Of a stretch of 64,000 nucleotides of DNA, positions 50,713-61,983 are shown piece by piece (the stretch's first letter is position 1; the number at the start of each line of letters is the position of its first letter). Both the position numbers and the translations under genes were made by a program. The stretch comes from Macrostomum lignano (lineage: Eukaryota): positions 1 through 64,000 of the forward strand of contig NIVC01003794.1 of assembly GCA_002269645.1 (NCBI GenBank). The letters are read 5' to 3'. Under the pieces are notes generated by a model. That model did no database searches. It was given only the letters and a program-made list of their open reading frames with translations, and had not been told where the DNA came from.

Positions 50713-51184
50713 AAGCCCTCTGCTGTTGCACCAGCGCCGGGCATTTCAGCGAATCGCATGACAAATGCCCCCTACCGGGTTCGATCCCCCGTCTTTCTTA
50801 AATCATTAGCAGGCCAAACAGGAGTCGCGTGATAAATCTTGCGAGAAGCAATTTCGAGAAGAGCCGGAGACGAATTCGAACTGGGCAAAGAGAGACAGGA
50901 AGCAATCAAGGGAAGTGAGCCACCTCTCAGTGGGGCTAAAAAAAGGGGGCTGCAACAGCTAGCTGACTCATCAATTCGAGAACCTCCTGCTAGTTTTGTT
51001 GGTCTTGCACTTTTAACACGCGCCAGTTGCACAAATAAATTAGCAATATTGGACAGGCAGCTGCACTCTGAGCAAGCCATTAATTAATAAGGGTAAAGCA
51101 TGCACTGACTTTGACTGAGTGTGATTTTTCAGTCTGAGATTTAGGGGCGTTAATGTATCAGCGTCAGAAGCCTACTGAATGAGG

Positions 51185-52220
51185 CGACAATCTATCAGTG
51201 TCAGGAGGTGCCAATCTAGCGCCAATCTATCAATGTCAGGAGGCGCCAATCTATCAGTGTCAGGAGGCGCTAATCTAACAGTGTCAGGAGGCGCCAATCT
51301 ATCAGTGTCAGGAGGCGCCAATCTATCAGTGTCAGGAGGCGCCAATCTATCAGTGTCAGGAGGCGCTAATCTAACAGTGTCAGGAGGCGCCAATCTATCA
51401 GTGTCAGGAGGCGCCAATCTATCAGTGTCAGGAGGCGCCAATCTATCAGTGTAAGGAGGCGCCAATCTATCAGTGTCAGGAGGCGCCAATCTATCAGTGT
51501 CAGGAGGTGCCAATCTAGCGCCAATCTATCAATGTCAGGAGGCGCCAATCTATCAGTGTAAGGAGGCGCCAATCTATCAATGTCAGGAGGCGCCAATCTA
51601 ACAGTGTCAGGAGGCGCTAATCTAACAGTGTCAGGAGGCGCCAATCTATCAGTGTCAGGAGGCGCCAATCTATCAGTGTCAGGAGGCGCCAATCTATCAG
51701 TGTCAGGAGGCGCTAATCTAACAGTGTCAGGAGGCGCCAATCTATCAGTGTCAGGAGGCGCCAATCTATCAGTGTAAGGAGGCGCCAATCTATCAGTGTC
51801 AGGAGGCGCCAATCTATCAGTGTCAGGAGGTGCCAATCTAGCGCCAATCTATCAATGTCAGGAGGCGCCAATCTATCAGTGTCAGGAGGCGCTAATCTAA
51901 CAGTGTCAGGAGGCGCCAATCTATCAGTGTCAGGAGGCGCCAATCTATCAGTGTCAGGAGGCGCCAATCTATCAGTGTCAGGAGGCGCCAATCTATCAGT
52001 GTAAGGAGGCGCCAATCTATCAGTGTCAGGAGGCGCCAATCTATCAGTGTCAGGAGGCGCCAATCTATCAGTGTCAGGAGGCGCCAATCTATCAGTGTCA
52101 GGAGGTGCCAATCTATCAGTGTCAGGAGGTGCTAATCTATCAGTGTCAGGAGGTGCCAATCTATCAGTGTCAGGAGGCGCCAATCTATCAGTGTCAGGAG
52201 GTGCTAATCTATTAGTGTCA
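51185..52220. repeat. 24-bp TCAGTGTCAGGAGGCGCCAATCTA array
   Basis: Direct inspection; variant gtgccaatctagcgccaatc recurs three times. Confidence 0.96.
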
Positions 52221-52301
52221 GGGAGTGGCACATTCTACACGTGGCAAAATATGCAAGTGAGCACTAATTATTAATATCAAGGCACAATAAAAGCCGCTTA
52301 C

Positions 52302-52419
52302 TTATTCCAGGGCAAGATGCAGAGGCCGCAGCATTTGTTAAGATCGTCCAGATTCTTCTCGGCATCTTTCATGTCCTGGTTGATGTGGTCCATGCCCTCC
52401 TCAACGCGGTCCAGTTGCT
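52302..52419 (-). CDS. SNAP25: SNAP-25 exon (end of Qb motif + palmitoylation Cys cluster)
   Basis: [39 protein letters not shown]; phase 1/2. Confidence 0.95.
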
Positions 52420-52527
52420 CTGGAGTTGAATCAATCAATGAAAATTAGTTTTTATAAAAGCTTCATAACACAGCGATTGGGGGTATTTAGTATTCAGTTA
52501 TAATTAAGACTCATGCACTTGAATTAT

Positions 52528-53795
52528 TGACATGGCTGTGAGTCATGGCTGTGAGACATGACTATGAGACATGTCTGTGAGACATGTCTATGAGACATGG
52601 CTGTGAGACATGTCTGTGAGACATGGCTGTGAGACATGTATGTGAGACATGGCTGTGAGACATGTCTGTGAGACATGGCTGTGAGACATGACTATGAGAC
52701 ATGGCTGTGAGCCATGGCTATGAGACATGGCTGTGAGACATGGCTGTGAGACATGGCTGTGAGTCATGGCTATGAGACATGGCTGTGAGACATGGCTGTG
52801 AGACATGGCTGTGAGTCATGGCTGTGAGACATGTCTGTGAGACATGGCTGTGAGACATGGCTATGAGACATGGCTGTGAGTCATGGCTGTGAGACATGGC
52901 TGTGAGACATGGCTGTGAGTCATGGCTGTGAGACATGTCTGTGAGTCATGGCCGTGAGACATGGCTGTGAGACATGGCTGTGAGACATGGCTGTGAGACA
53001 TGGCTGTGAGACATGACTGTGAGACATGGCTGTGAGACATGGCTGTGAGACATGTCTGTGAGTCATGGCCGTGAGACATGTCTGTGAGTCATGGCTGTGA
53101 GACATGTCTGTGATACATGGCTGTGAGACATGACTGTGAGACATGGCTGTGAGACATGGCTGTGAGACGTGTCTGTGAGTCATGGCCGTGAGACATGTCT
53201 GTGAGTCATGGCTGTGAGACATGTCTGTGATACATGGCTGTGAGTCATGGCTATGAGACATGGCTGTGAGACATGGCTGTGAGACATGGCTGTGAGTCAT
53301 GGCTGTGAGACATGTCTGTGAGTCATGGCCGTGAGACATGTCTGTGAGTCATGGCTGTGAGACATGGCTGTGAGACATGGCTGTGAGACATGGCTGTGAG
53401 ACATGTCTGTGAGTCATGGCTGTGAGACATGGCTGTGAGACATGTCTGTGAGACATGGCTGTGAGTCATGGCTATGAGACATGGCTGTGAGACATGTCTG
53501 TGAGACATGGCTGTGAGACATGGCTGTGAGACATGGCTGTGAGACATGGCTGTGAGTCATGGCTGTGAGACATGTCTGTGAGACATGTCTGTGAGACATG
53601 TCTGTGAGACATGGCTGTGAGAAATGTCTGTGAGACATGGCTGTGAGACATGGCTGTGAGACATGGCTGTGAGTCATGGCTGTGAGACATGTCTGTGAGA
53701 CATGTCTGTGAGACATGGCTGTGAGACATGGCTGTGAGACATGGCTGTGAGACATGGCTGTGGGACATGGCTGTGAGACATGGCTGTGGGACATG
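52528..53795. repeat. 13-bp GAGACATGGCTGT array
   Basis: Direct inspection. Confidence 0.96.
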
Positions 53796-54084
53796 CCGCC
53801 TAAGAATATTGATTTCCTTAAATAAATTTACAATGGTTCAGGTCTAAGAGGAGTCAGAAGGGCATGTGCTGTAAAAAATGACGTGAGACTACACTAAAAT
53901 AAATTTATATATAAATTAAATTTGTTAAATCAAAACACTAAAGGTCAGTTGGTAAAGAGACCAAACGTAGTTATTAGTGAGCTAAATGTAGCATATATTA
54001 AGACCGATTACGACATCAACAAGCGCTTGCATAGCAAAGCCAAAACAACGAATTTCGTGTATAAAGGATGATTGCAATTCTTAC

Positions 54085-54133
54085 CGCCCTGATCGTCTAA
54101 CATGACGAGGGTTGAAATGCCGGCCTCCTTTGC
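54085..54133 (-). CDS. SNAP25: SNAP-25 exon
   Basis: AKEAGISTLVMLDDQG; acceptor tgtgcag, donor gtaaga. Confidence 0.93.
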
Positions 54134-54182
54134 CTGCACAGTTTGGTCATTGGGTGCGATTGAGAACGATGCATTGAATTCT

Positions 54183-54720
54183 GGGTAGTGTCTGGGTAGG
54201 TGTGACAGGGGTGACCTTGGTGTCTGGGTAGGTGTGACAGGGGTGAACTTGGTGTCTGGGTAGGTGTGACAGGGGTGACCTTGGTGTCTGGGTAGGTATG
54301 ACAGGGGTGACCTTGGTGTCTGGGTAGGTGTGACAGGGGTGACCTTGGTGTATGGGTAGGTGTGACAGGGGTGACCTTGGTGTCTGGGTAGGTGTGACAG
54401 GGGTGACCTTGGTGTCTGGGTAGGTGTGACAGTGTGACTTTGGTGTCTGGGTAGGTGTGACAAGGGTGATATTTGTGTCTGGGTAGGTGTGACAGGGGTG
54501 ACCTTGGTGTCTGGGTAGGCGTGACAGGGGTGACCTTAGTGTCTGGCTAGGTGTGACAGGGTTACCTTGGTGTCTGGGTAGATGTGACAGTGTGACAGGG
54601 GTGACCTTGGTGTATGGGTAGGTGTGACAGGGGTGACCTTAGTGTCTGGGTAGGTGTGACAGGGGTGATCTTTGTGTCTGGGTAGGTGTGACAGGGGTGA
54701 CCTTGGTGTCTGAGTAGGTG
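54183..54720. repeat. 32-bp GTGTCTGGGTAGGTGTGACAGGGGTGACCTTG array
   Basis: Direct inspection. Confidence 0.95.
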
Positions 54721-55604
54721 TTTTAGAGTGAGGCTGTTGTGATCTGGGAGTGAGACTGTCTGGGGGAGTGAATGGTCTGGGAGTTAAATCTAATTTCTGA
54801 GAGTAGACTTATAAGCAAACGACTATTAGCAAGGACTTCAATAAGTCCATGGACTCAAGTGAGAGGTCGGGCACCCTGAACAGAGTTGTCTGCAGTTGTC
54901 ACGCATGGTTTCCCTGCCAAGCAGGATGAAGCGGACTCTGCTGCTGAAAGGAACTCAGTGGCTGGCGGAGCACTAAACCGAGGCTGAGAAGAAGAAAATT
55001 AATTAAATTTCTTGCCCAAAACTCCTGGGATGCTCACTAATTTGCCAGCTTTTTGCGCACTCCAGCAGTTACCTTGCGCTCCCCTTAGTCTGTCAATTCA
55101 AGCTTTTCTTGCCCGAGGGAAAGAAGGAGCAGCCGCAGGCTGATGACAGGCCAAAATTGGGGGCGTTGAAGGCTTGGAGACTAATGGTAAGGCATGTCTG
55201 AGCCAGACAGACTCCGATCGACTTTTGTTGTTTATGCATTTACCATAGCGATCAAGAGGGCTGCCTCGAGTGCAATTCAAATACAGCCGAGAGAAGCTGA
55301 ATGGAACAGATGAGGCAAGAAAAATTCTGGAAACTTGGGGACCCAAAAAATTGCAATTTTTTTCATCTCCGATCCAGCGCTGGCCCAAAGTTGGAAATTG
55401 TACGCTCGTAGCTGATGAAGATGAAGAGCCGTGGGAGGCTGAGAATTGGTTTGAAGAGTTTTCGAATCCGCAGGCTGCCACCTGATGCTGTTCAGCCAGG
55501 ATGGCCACTCCAGTGCAAGGGAGGCCACTTGAGGCCCGAATATAATAAACAGAGAATCAATATTCCTAGTTACCGGGACTTTACAAATAAATAACAAAGC
55601 TTAC

Positions 55605-55646
55605 GTCTTCGCACAGTGCGACCATTCTCCTTGTGGACTCCAGAGA
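55605..55646 (-). CDS. SNAP25: SNAP-25 exon
   Basis: SLESTRRMVALCED; acceptor cgtttcag, donor gtaagc. Confidence 0.93.
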
Positions 55647-56704
55647 CTGAAACGGTGCAGTGGAAGGGTTTGCCAGTAATGAGGGATTAATATTGAGTCA
55701 GTGATTGCGCCTAAGTGCATTCAATAAATTCAGCATTGTACTAAAGTAAAAAATTAGCTTATGAAGATCACCTGCAGCAAGCACGTGTTTGATCTCAAGT
55801 GGCTTGTCAAGGATATTTCCCATAGTATAATGCTCAACAGGGAGTTGCTCAGATGCTAATGCTCAATGGGGGAGCTGCTGAGATGCTAATTCTTGAAATG
55901 ATGATACAGATATTGTAGGACAGACAGTTTGAGCTTGCAAGTTTAGTGCTAAAGAAACATAAAAATCCCCATCAACTCACTAATGCGTTGACGCAAAATC
56001 GGGCCTTCAAATAAACTTAAGGATTGGTCCTTGCATCCCAAAAAACTGATGAAAAAATTAATCTCGTGTTCCAATTTCCATTTTCCTCTGTTTGTTCTTC
56101 ATCTTACTGTCCTGTCTGCGCGTCACCTCGAGCAGTAAGCGGATTATCCCAGCTTCAGCAATGCTGGCAATCAGCTGCGCCAAACAGGGATTAGGGGGGG
56201 GGGGGGGGGGGTGGAGGCAGATCAAGCAAGGCGCCCAGGCCGGCCAAGAATAAAGGGCGGGGCCGCGGCCGCCAACCCCGGCCCGAGGGCGGATACAAGC
56301 GATCTGTCCGGTCAGCGTAAGCAGAGATGCCGCAGCACGGGCGGTCAACGAGCATATCGAGCGAGGGGAACGAGTCGTGTAGGGGAGACTGGAGGCTGGG
56401 TTGCTGAGGAAAGAGAATAATAAATGCGAGACGCGCACAGGCAGTGAATAGCGGGGAGTCGTCCTGCTCCTCCTAGCCGGGGGGGGGGGGGGGGGCTGTC
56501 GGAATGATGATGGGGTACAGGAGAAATAAAACAGATTGAGCGCCCCGCTTGCTCAAACGCGCGCGACACCGCGGCGAATATATCGGCTGGAGATTTTTAT
56601 GACACGCCCACCGATAAGCCGCCGCCGCATTGTTCTGAGCCAGATTATGCGGGATCGTTAATTGCCTTCCGTCACTGCAGGCACCGCCTGTGCGCCTGCC
56701 TTGG

Positions 56705-57135
56705 TGCCTGCCTGTCTGCCAACCTGTCTGTTTAACTGTCTGCCTGTCTGCCAACCTGTCTGTTTAACTGTCTGCCTGTCTGCCAACCTACCTGTCCAAC
56801 TGTCTGCCTAACTGTCTGCCAACCTGCCTGTTTAACTGTCTGCCTAACTGTCTGCCAACCTGCCTGTTTAACTGTCTGCCTAACTGTCTGCCAACCTGCC
56901 TCTCTAACTGTCTGCCTAACTGTCTGCCAACCTGCCTGTTTAACTGTCTGCCTAACTGTCTGCCAACCTGCCTGTTTAACTGTCTGCCTAACTGTCTGCC
57001 AACCTGCCTGTTTAACTGTCTGCCTGTCTTTCCAACCTGCCTGTCTGCCTACCTGCCTGTCTGTTTGTCTGTCTGTCTGCCTGTCTGTCTGTCTGCTAAC
57101 CTGCCTGCCTGTCTGTCTATCTGTCTGTCTGTTTA
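56705..57135. repeat. ~36-bp CTGTCTGCCAACCTGCCTGTTTAACTGTCTGCCTAA array
   Basis: Direct inspection. Confidence 0.9.
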
Positions 57136-57458
57136 CCTATCTGCTAGTCTTTTTTTCTGTCTGCAATGTCTTAGCCCGGTTATTCTTCCCACCAGTCCGT
57201 CCAACTGCACTTCACTGCCTGTCTCCTCAGCGCTGCTTTGTCAAGCCTAGTCCCTTCAAACTCGCGCACAGCCTTTCTCTCCAATAGAAGTTCATTCAAT
57301 CGTGGAAATGGAGAGAGAAGCTGGAAATGCGGAAGTTCATACAATAATTAAGCAATGAGAACTGAGCAGTGACCCCCTGGCAGAAAGGGGGACAAAGACG
57401 GCTGTCAAAGGAGGATTCCGATTGGCGGGGGGAGGTGCAAATGAGCAATGAAACGCAC

Positions 57459-57581
57459 TTCATTCTGAGCCCGGTCGATCTCCATCATGAGCTCCTCGGC
57501 CTCGGTGAGCGGACGCGGCTCGCCATTCTCGTCCAGATGGACGCCCCCGACATCAGCGGGCTGGTTTCGCCGATTAGACAT
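57459..57581 (-). CDS. SNAP25: SNAP-25 proximal first coding exon (41 aa; gives 220-aa isoform)
   Basis: MSNRRNQPADVGGVHLDENGEPRPLTEAEELMMEIDRAQNE, phase-0 donor gtgcgt; ends at the homologous E before SLESTRRM. Confidence 0.75.
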
Positions 57582-58704
57582 CCTGGGCGCCTCGACAATT
57601 ATTTTTATTCAGACGGTTACCGGGAAAACTGATGGGCTCACTAGAATAAACAGACACCCACGGAGCCGCTCCGACCTGCCGCCTCATTCATATCCTAGTA
57701 TTGTCACTTTTATTTCAAGCCCGGTCGATAGTAACCGGGTAGACAGAGAGAGACAGGGGAGGAGTGCCAGGAATAACTGGGAGCCGAGCCCGCGGGTTGG
57801 CTGGCAGGCTCGGGGAAAGAGTTTGCATAGCCCGCCAGGCTCAGCCTGAGGCTGGAGCGGGGGAGTTGAGAGGGCGAGTTTTCTAGAGGCAGACTGGGAT
57901 TGGGGAGAATGAGGACGGCTCAATGCGAGGCAGACCCCGAGCCATAGACACTGTGGCTGAGACGGCGGGCCACTGAGGTGGGATAACTGCGGTAGGCTGA
58001 ATGGCTCTGCCGACAATTCCTCTTCTTCTCTTTCAAAGTAAGCAAGTAGTTGCAGCAGCAGCAGCCGGCTCGCACCAATAGTCAAGGCAGAAATGGAAAG
58101 GATGGAATGGGGGAGGTTGGAGACTGGGACGGAAAAGTAGTCCAGCTGGAGCTGCAGAAGGGGAGGATAACTGCTCTAGATCTCAAGGTCGCATGCCTGA
58201 CAACTAGCAGCTTGCCACTTGCCCACGGCGGATCCACCCAACCTTTAGCCTCCTCAGCTAAAGCTCCATCAGCATCAGCCAGGGAAGAAAGAAAAGTCGA
58301 TTTTTACAACTAGAAGCCCCGTTGCTCCGTGCATGCACTATGCCGTGGGGTTTAATTTTCTAGCGTGTAACACCCAGCACAGTCTGAGACATTCAGCAGA
58401 GGAAATTGAGAAAGGGAGGCGGCAGACGGCTACCTTTGCCACTTTCCGCACACGCACGCGGATCAATAAAGCTCAGGACGAGGAGATTGTAAAAATTAAA
58501 GTTAAGTTAAACCGTTAAACGAATTCAGACCTGGAGTCTGCAGAGTCCCAACTTCCAAAGCCACGCACCGATAGCCACACAGCACATTAGGGTTCGGCCG
58601 AGCTTGATGTTTTTTGGTGATTTGGTACAGCAGTTATTGTTAGTTTCTTAACGAAAATGATGTACAAAAGAAAAAGCTAAAAAGCCAAAAAGACGATTCT
58701 TTGA

Positions 58705-59115
58705 TGGTTGACATGGCGATTGTTTTATGGCTGACATGGCGATTGTTTTATGGCTGACATGGCGATTGTTTTATGGCTGACATGGCGATTGTTTTATGGC
58801 TGACATGGCGATTGTTTTATGGCTGACATGGCGATTATTTTATGGTTGACATGGCGATTGTTTTATGGTTGACATGGCGATTGTTTTATGGCTGACATGG
58901 CGAATGTTTTATGGCTGACATGGCGATTGTTTCATGGCTGACATGGCGATTGTTTTATGGCTGACATGGCGATTGTTTTATGGCTGACATGGCGATTGTT
59001 TTATGGCTGACATTGCGATTGTTTTATGGCTGACATTGCGATTGTTTTATGGCTGACATGGCGATTGTTTTATGGCTGACATGGCGATTGTTTTATGGCT
59101 GACATGAGGCTTTTT
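58705..59115. repeat. 23-bp GACATGGCGATTGTTTTATGGCT array
   Basis: Direct inspection. Confidence 0.95.
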
Positions 59116-60177
59116 ATAGTTGACATGGTGAATCTTTTATTTTAATTCCTTTTCGTTAAATCTGCCTCAGTTTAAAAAGATTTTAATTAATAAAGTCAAA
59201 CCCGGTAGCTACATTAGCAGTTCAGTCTGTTCATATCTATGCTAGCTTTCATGAAATCGATGGGCTTTGTTTAAGGAAAATCATGTCTAATTGAACTTCT
59301 ACTGGATGCCGATACTCAAAAGATACTCAATGGTGACCGTACATACAGACCAGACTATAGCGGGTAAAACAACAATAATAAAGTTGTTAAGCGAAGCAAT
59401 CGTTAGGCCCGATGGACAAACTCAGAGCTGACCGGTACCCCGAGATTCTCATCTCTCTCATTTCCTTTCCTTTCCTCGACTGGACAAGGGAGGCAGGCAG
59501 AATCCGAGCAGGGCAAGCGGAAGCTTCGGCAGCGGCGGCGGGGGACGCAAGACAGCCGCCTGTCTGTACTTCCCGCCTGTCTGCTCCATCGTTGGATATT
59601 TGATTTGATGGGACAGCGCAGGCGGGCCAGAGGCATAAGCAGCAGCAGTGAGATAGCCAAGAGGAAGAGAATGAGTCTGATTTGCCAGTGTCAGCCAGCA
59701 GGGAAATTAACCCAATCAAGGCCACACGAAGCCTCTCAAATGAGTGTAATAAAAAACGCACACATCAGCACGCGCGAACTCAGCGAAGCCAGGCGGGCCA
59801 CAACTTCCCGCATCCCCTATCTATCCAATGGGATGATAACTGCTCGAATTTTTGCATGACATTCAGTTGCCAGCCAGAGGCGACTATTTATATAAAGAGA
59901 CCCTGTCCTAAATCCACGGGGAGCTCAGGCGCTTAAGGCTTTGCAGAAGCAGATGCTGCAGAGCAAATCGCCTGCGGAAGAAGTCAGAAAGATGGGCCTT
60001 GCTAAGTGTTTAGCCGACAAGCGGCGAGTCGCTTCAATTTCTGCTTTCGAAGAAGCACGCACTTTTGCCTACATGCATGGTTGCTACAGCCGTACGCAGC
60101 CTTCAGATGCGCCGCGCAATAGCTGCGGCTGAGCTGTCGGTTGCACATCTGCCCATTAGGGCACGTGTAATCAATTA

Positions 60178-61091
60178 TAGGATTTTTCGTTTGATTTCAT
60201 AAAATTGTCATTTGATTTCGTCCATAGAAGTTGGCAGCGCGGCCATAGAATCTATGGCAATAAAGTGCGCTGTTTTCCAATTGAATTCATAACTTTGCCA
60301 CTTCATTTCGACATACCCAGTAGAAAGGCAACAGAAAAGTCAATGCGCTTGTCCAGTACAGAAAGAACTGTTAAAAACAGAAAGCTGTGTATTTAAGTCA
60401 CATGAGGAAGTAGGCAGTTGCAACAGTGAAATCAGTTATGTCCGCCAAAGTTAATGCTCGTTCGCTGCAACAAGCTACAAATTTCACATTATCTGCTGCT
60501 CATTGATGCACAGGGGCAGAAACCGCATCACATGTCGTTCCCAGGCAAGGCACTTCGCGGCGGAAATTTCCTCTGGTGCAACGTAGCCGCAGCGGAAAAG
60601 CACCATGAGTCTCCACTGCGTTAGGTTGATGCCATCAGGCGGATTGCTAAGTTCCTGTTGAAGCTCAGGTGTTGCTAGCTGGCGTTTAAGCGAAGCATTG
60701 AGACAACTGTGTGCCTGCTCCGCGGCGTTAAGAAATGGAGAGTACGGTGGCAGAGCTCGCAGTTGAATACGATTGGCCGCGTTTATACGTTTCCAATGGA
60801 TGCAGCCATTTTTAGGCACACAAGGAAGGTGACTCTTGCCCAAGAAGAGGACACGTTCATATAGGCTTTTCATTTCTATGAGAGGTTTGGCCATAGATAT
60901 TCACCCACTGATATCCCAGCCCCCTCTGGCAGTGTTTGAGTCACTCCGCGCGTCAAGTCGAAATGAAGTGGCAAAGCTATGAATTCAATCGGAAAACAGC
61001 GCACTTTATTGCCATAGATTTTATGGCCGCGCTGCCAACTTCTATGGACGAAATCAAATGACAATTTTATGAAATCAAACGAAAAATCCTA
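60178..61091 (-). mobile_element. Internally deleted IS630-Tc1-mariner DNA transposon
   Basis: 135-bp TIRs (60178-60312 and 60957-61091, 3 mismatches seen) with TA at both ends; remnant ORF 60484-60894 contains LPPYSPFLNAAE (DDE_3 C-terminal motif). Confidence 0.9.
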
Positions 61092-61239
61092 TATTAATTA
61101 TTATAATTATTATGGTTGCTAGCAATCATTAATAACCCAAAACCACGATAGTTCAACGCGCAGATGTACTATTGCTAATTGTTTCCAAAACAATTTAACT
61201 ACCTTTTTGGGGAGTAAGAGGGTGGAGGAACAACTCAAA

Positions 61240-61333
61240 GTCAAAGCTCTGTCTAGGCCATAGACATGCTTGGGTGTGTTAGGCCATAGACATATTTGGG
61301 TGTGTTAGATAGACATCTAAAAGTGCAGACATC
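61240..61333. repeat. Short inverted copy of the 36298-36575 element
   Basis: Reverse complement gatgtctgcacttttagatgtctat...ctatggcctagacagagctttgac matches both ends of the 36.3-kb copy. Confidence 0.7.
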
Positions 61334-61902
61334 CCAAACTGTCTTTCTTTTCATGAAATAGCTTACACATTCTTCATTACTACTGAACTCAAAGTAGAGA
61401 AGCAGTAATATCTAAGTGGCCCATGCTAAAAGCTTTCCAAGACTGTACGACCTTTGCGTCCAGATCTTTCAGCAATGCTGAACTATTGAATGGCACTCAA
61501 GCAACAAAATCAGCTGATTAAGGATATAAAAAATCAGCTTAAAGGGCACAGCAATCGTCAATAACAACCAAGAAAAGAAAGGTGAAGTAAGTAAAGTAAA
61601 GAAAAAATGATAGAAAAATGTAAAATACTTCCTTTAGACGAAATAAAAATTTGATTAAAAAACCAAAATAATAACTGAAAGAACTGATCAGAGATCAACT
61701 GTAAATAGATCTAGCACTAACTTACAAGCCAATATGCACTTACCAGGCATTTCCAGTAGACTATGCAATCTATAAAACAAGTATATACACTGATCACTCT
61801 ACTGGTAAGTAGCATACCTAAAAAACAGTGCTTTGAATGCTACAAATTTTGTACTACCTAGAAGTGCAATAAATTAAAAATGAAACAGTCAATAAAGCAT
61901 AC

Positions 61903-61983
61903 CTCATCCGTTTTTTGATTCATTAGAAGTTGAATTTCTTCCAATTCTGTTTTGGGAACTGGTTGGTCATTGCTTTCTGCCAT
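61903..61983 (-). CDS. SNAP25: SNAP-25 distal first coding exon (27 aa; gives 206-aa isoform)
   Basis: MAESNDQPVPKTELEEIQLLMNQKTDE, acceptor gcacag 1 nt before ATG, phase-0 donor gag|gtatgc. PKTELEE motif is typical of invertebrate SNAP-25 N-termini. Not in the ORF track. Confidence 0.85.

Noticed and set aside
50770-50800. GGTTCGATCCC B-box/T-loop-like motif
   Set aside because: No A-box, D-arm or acceptor stem; not a tRNA.
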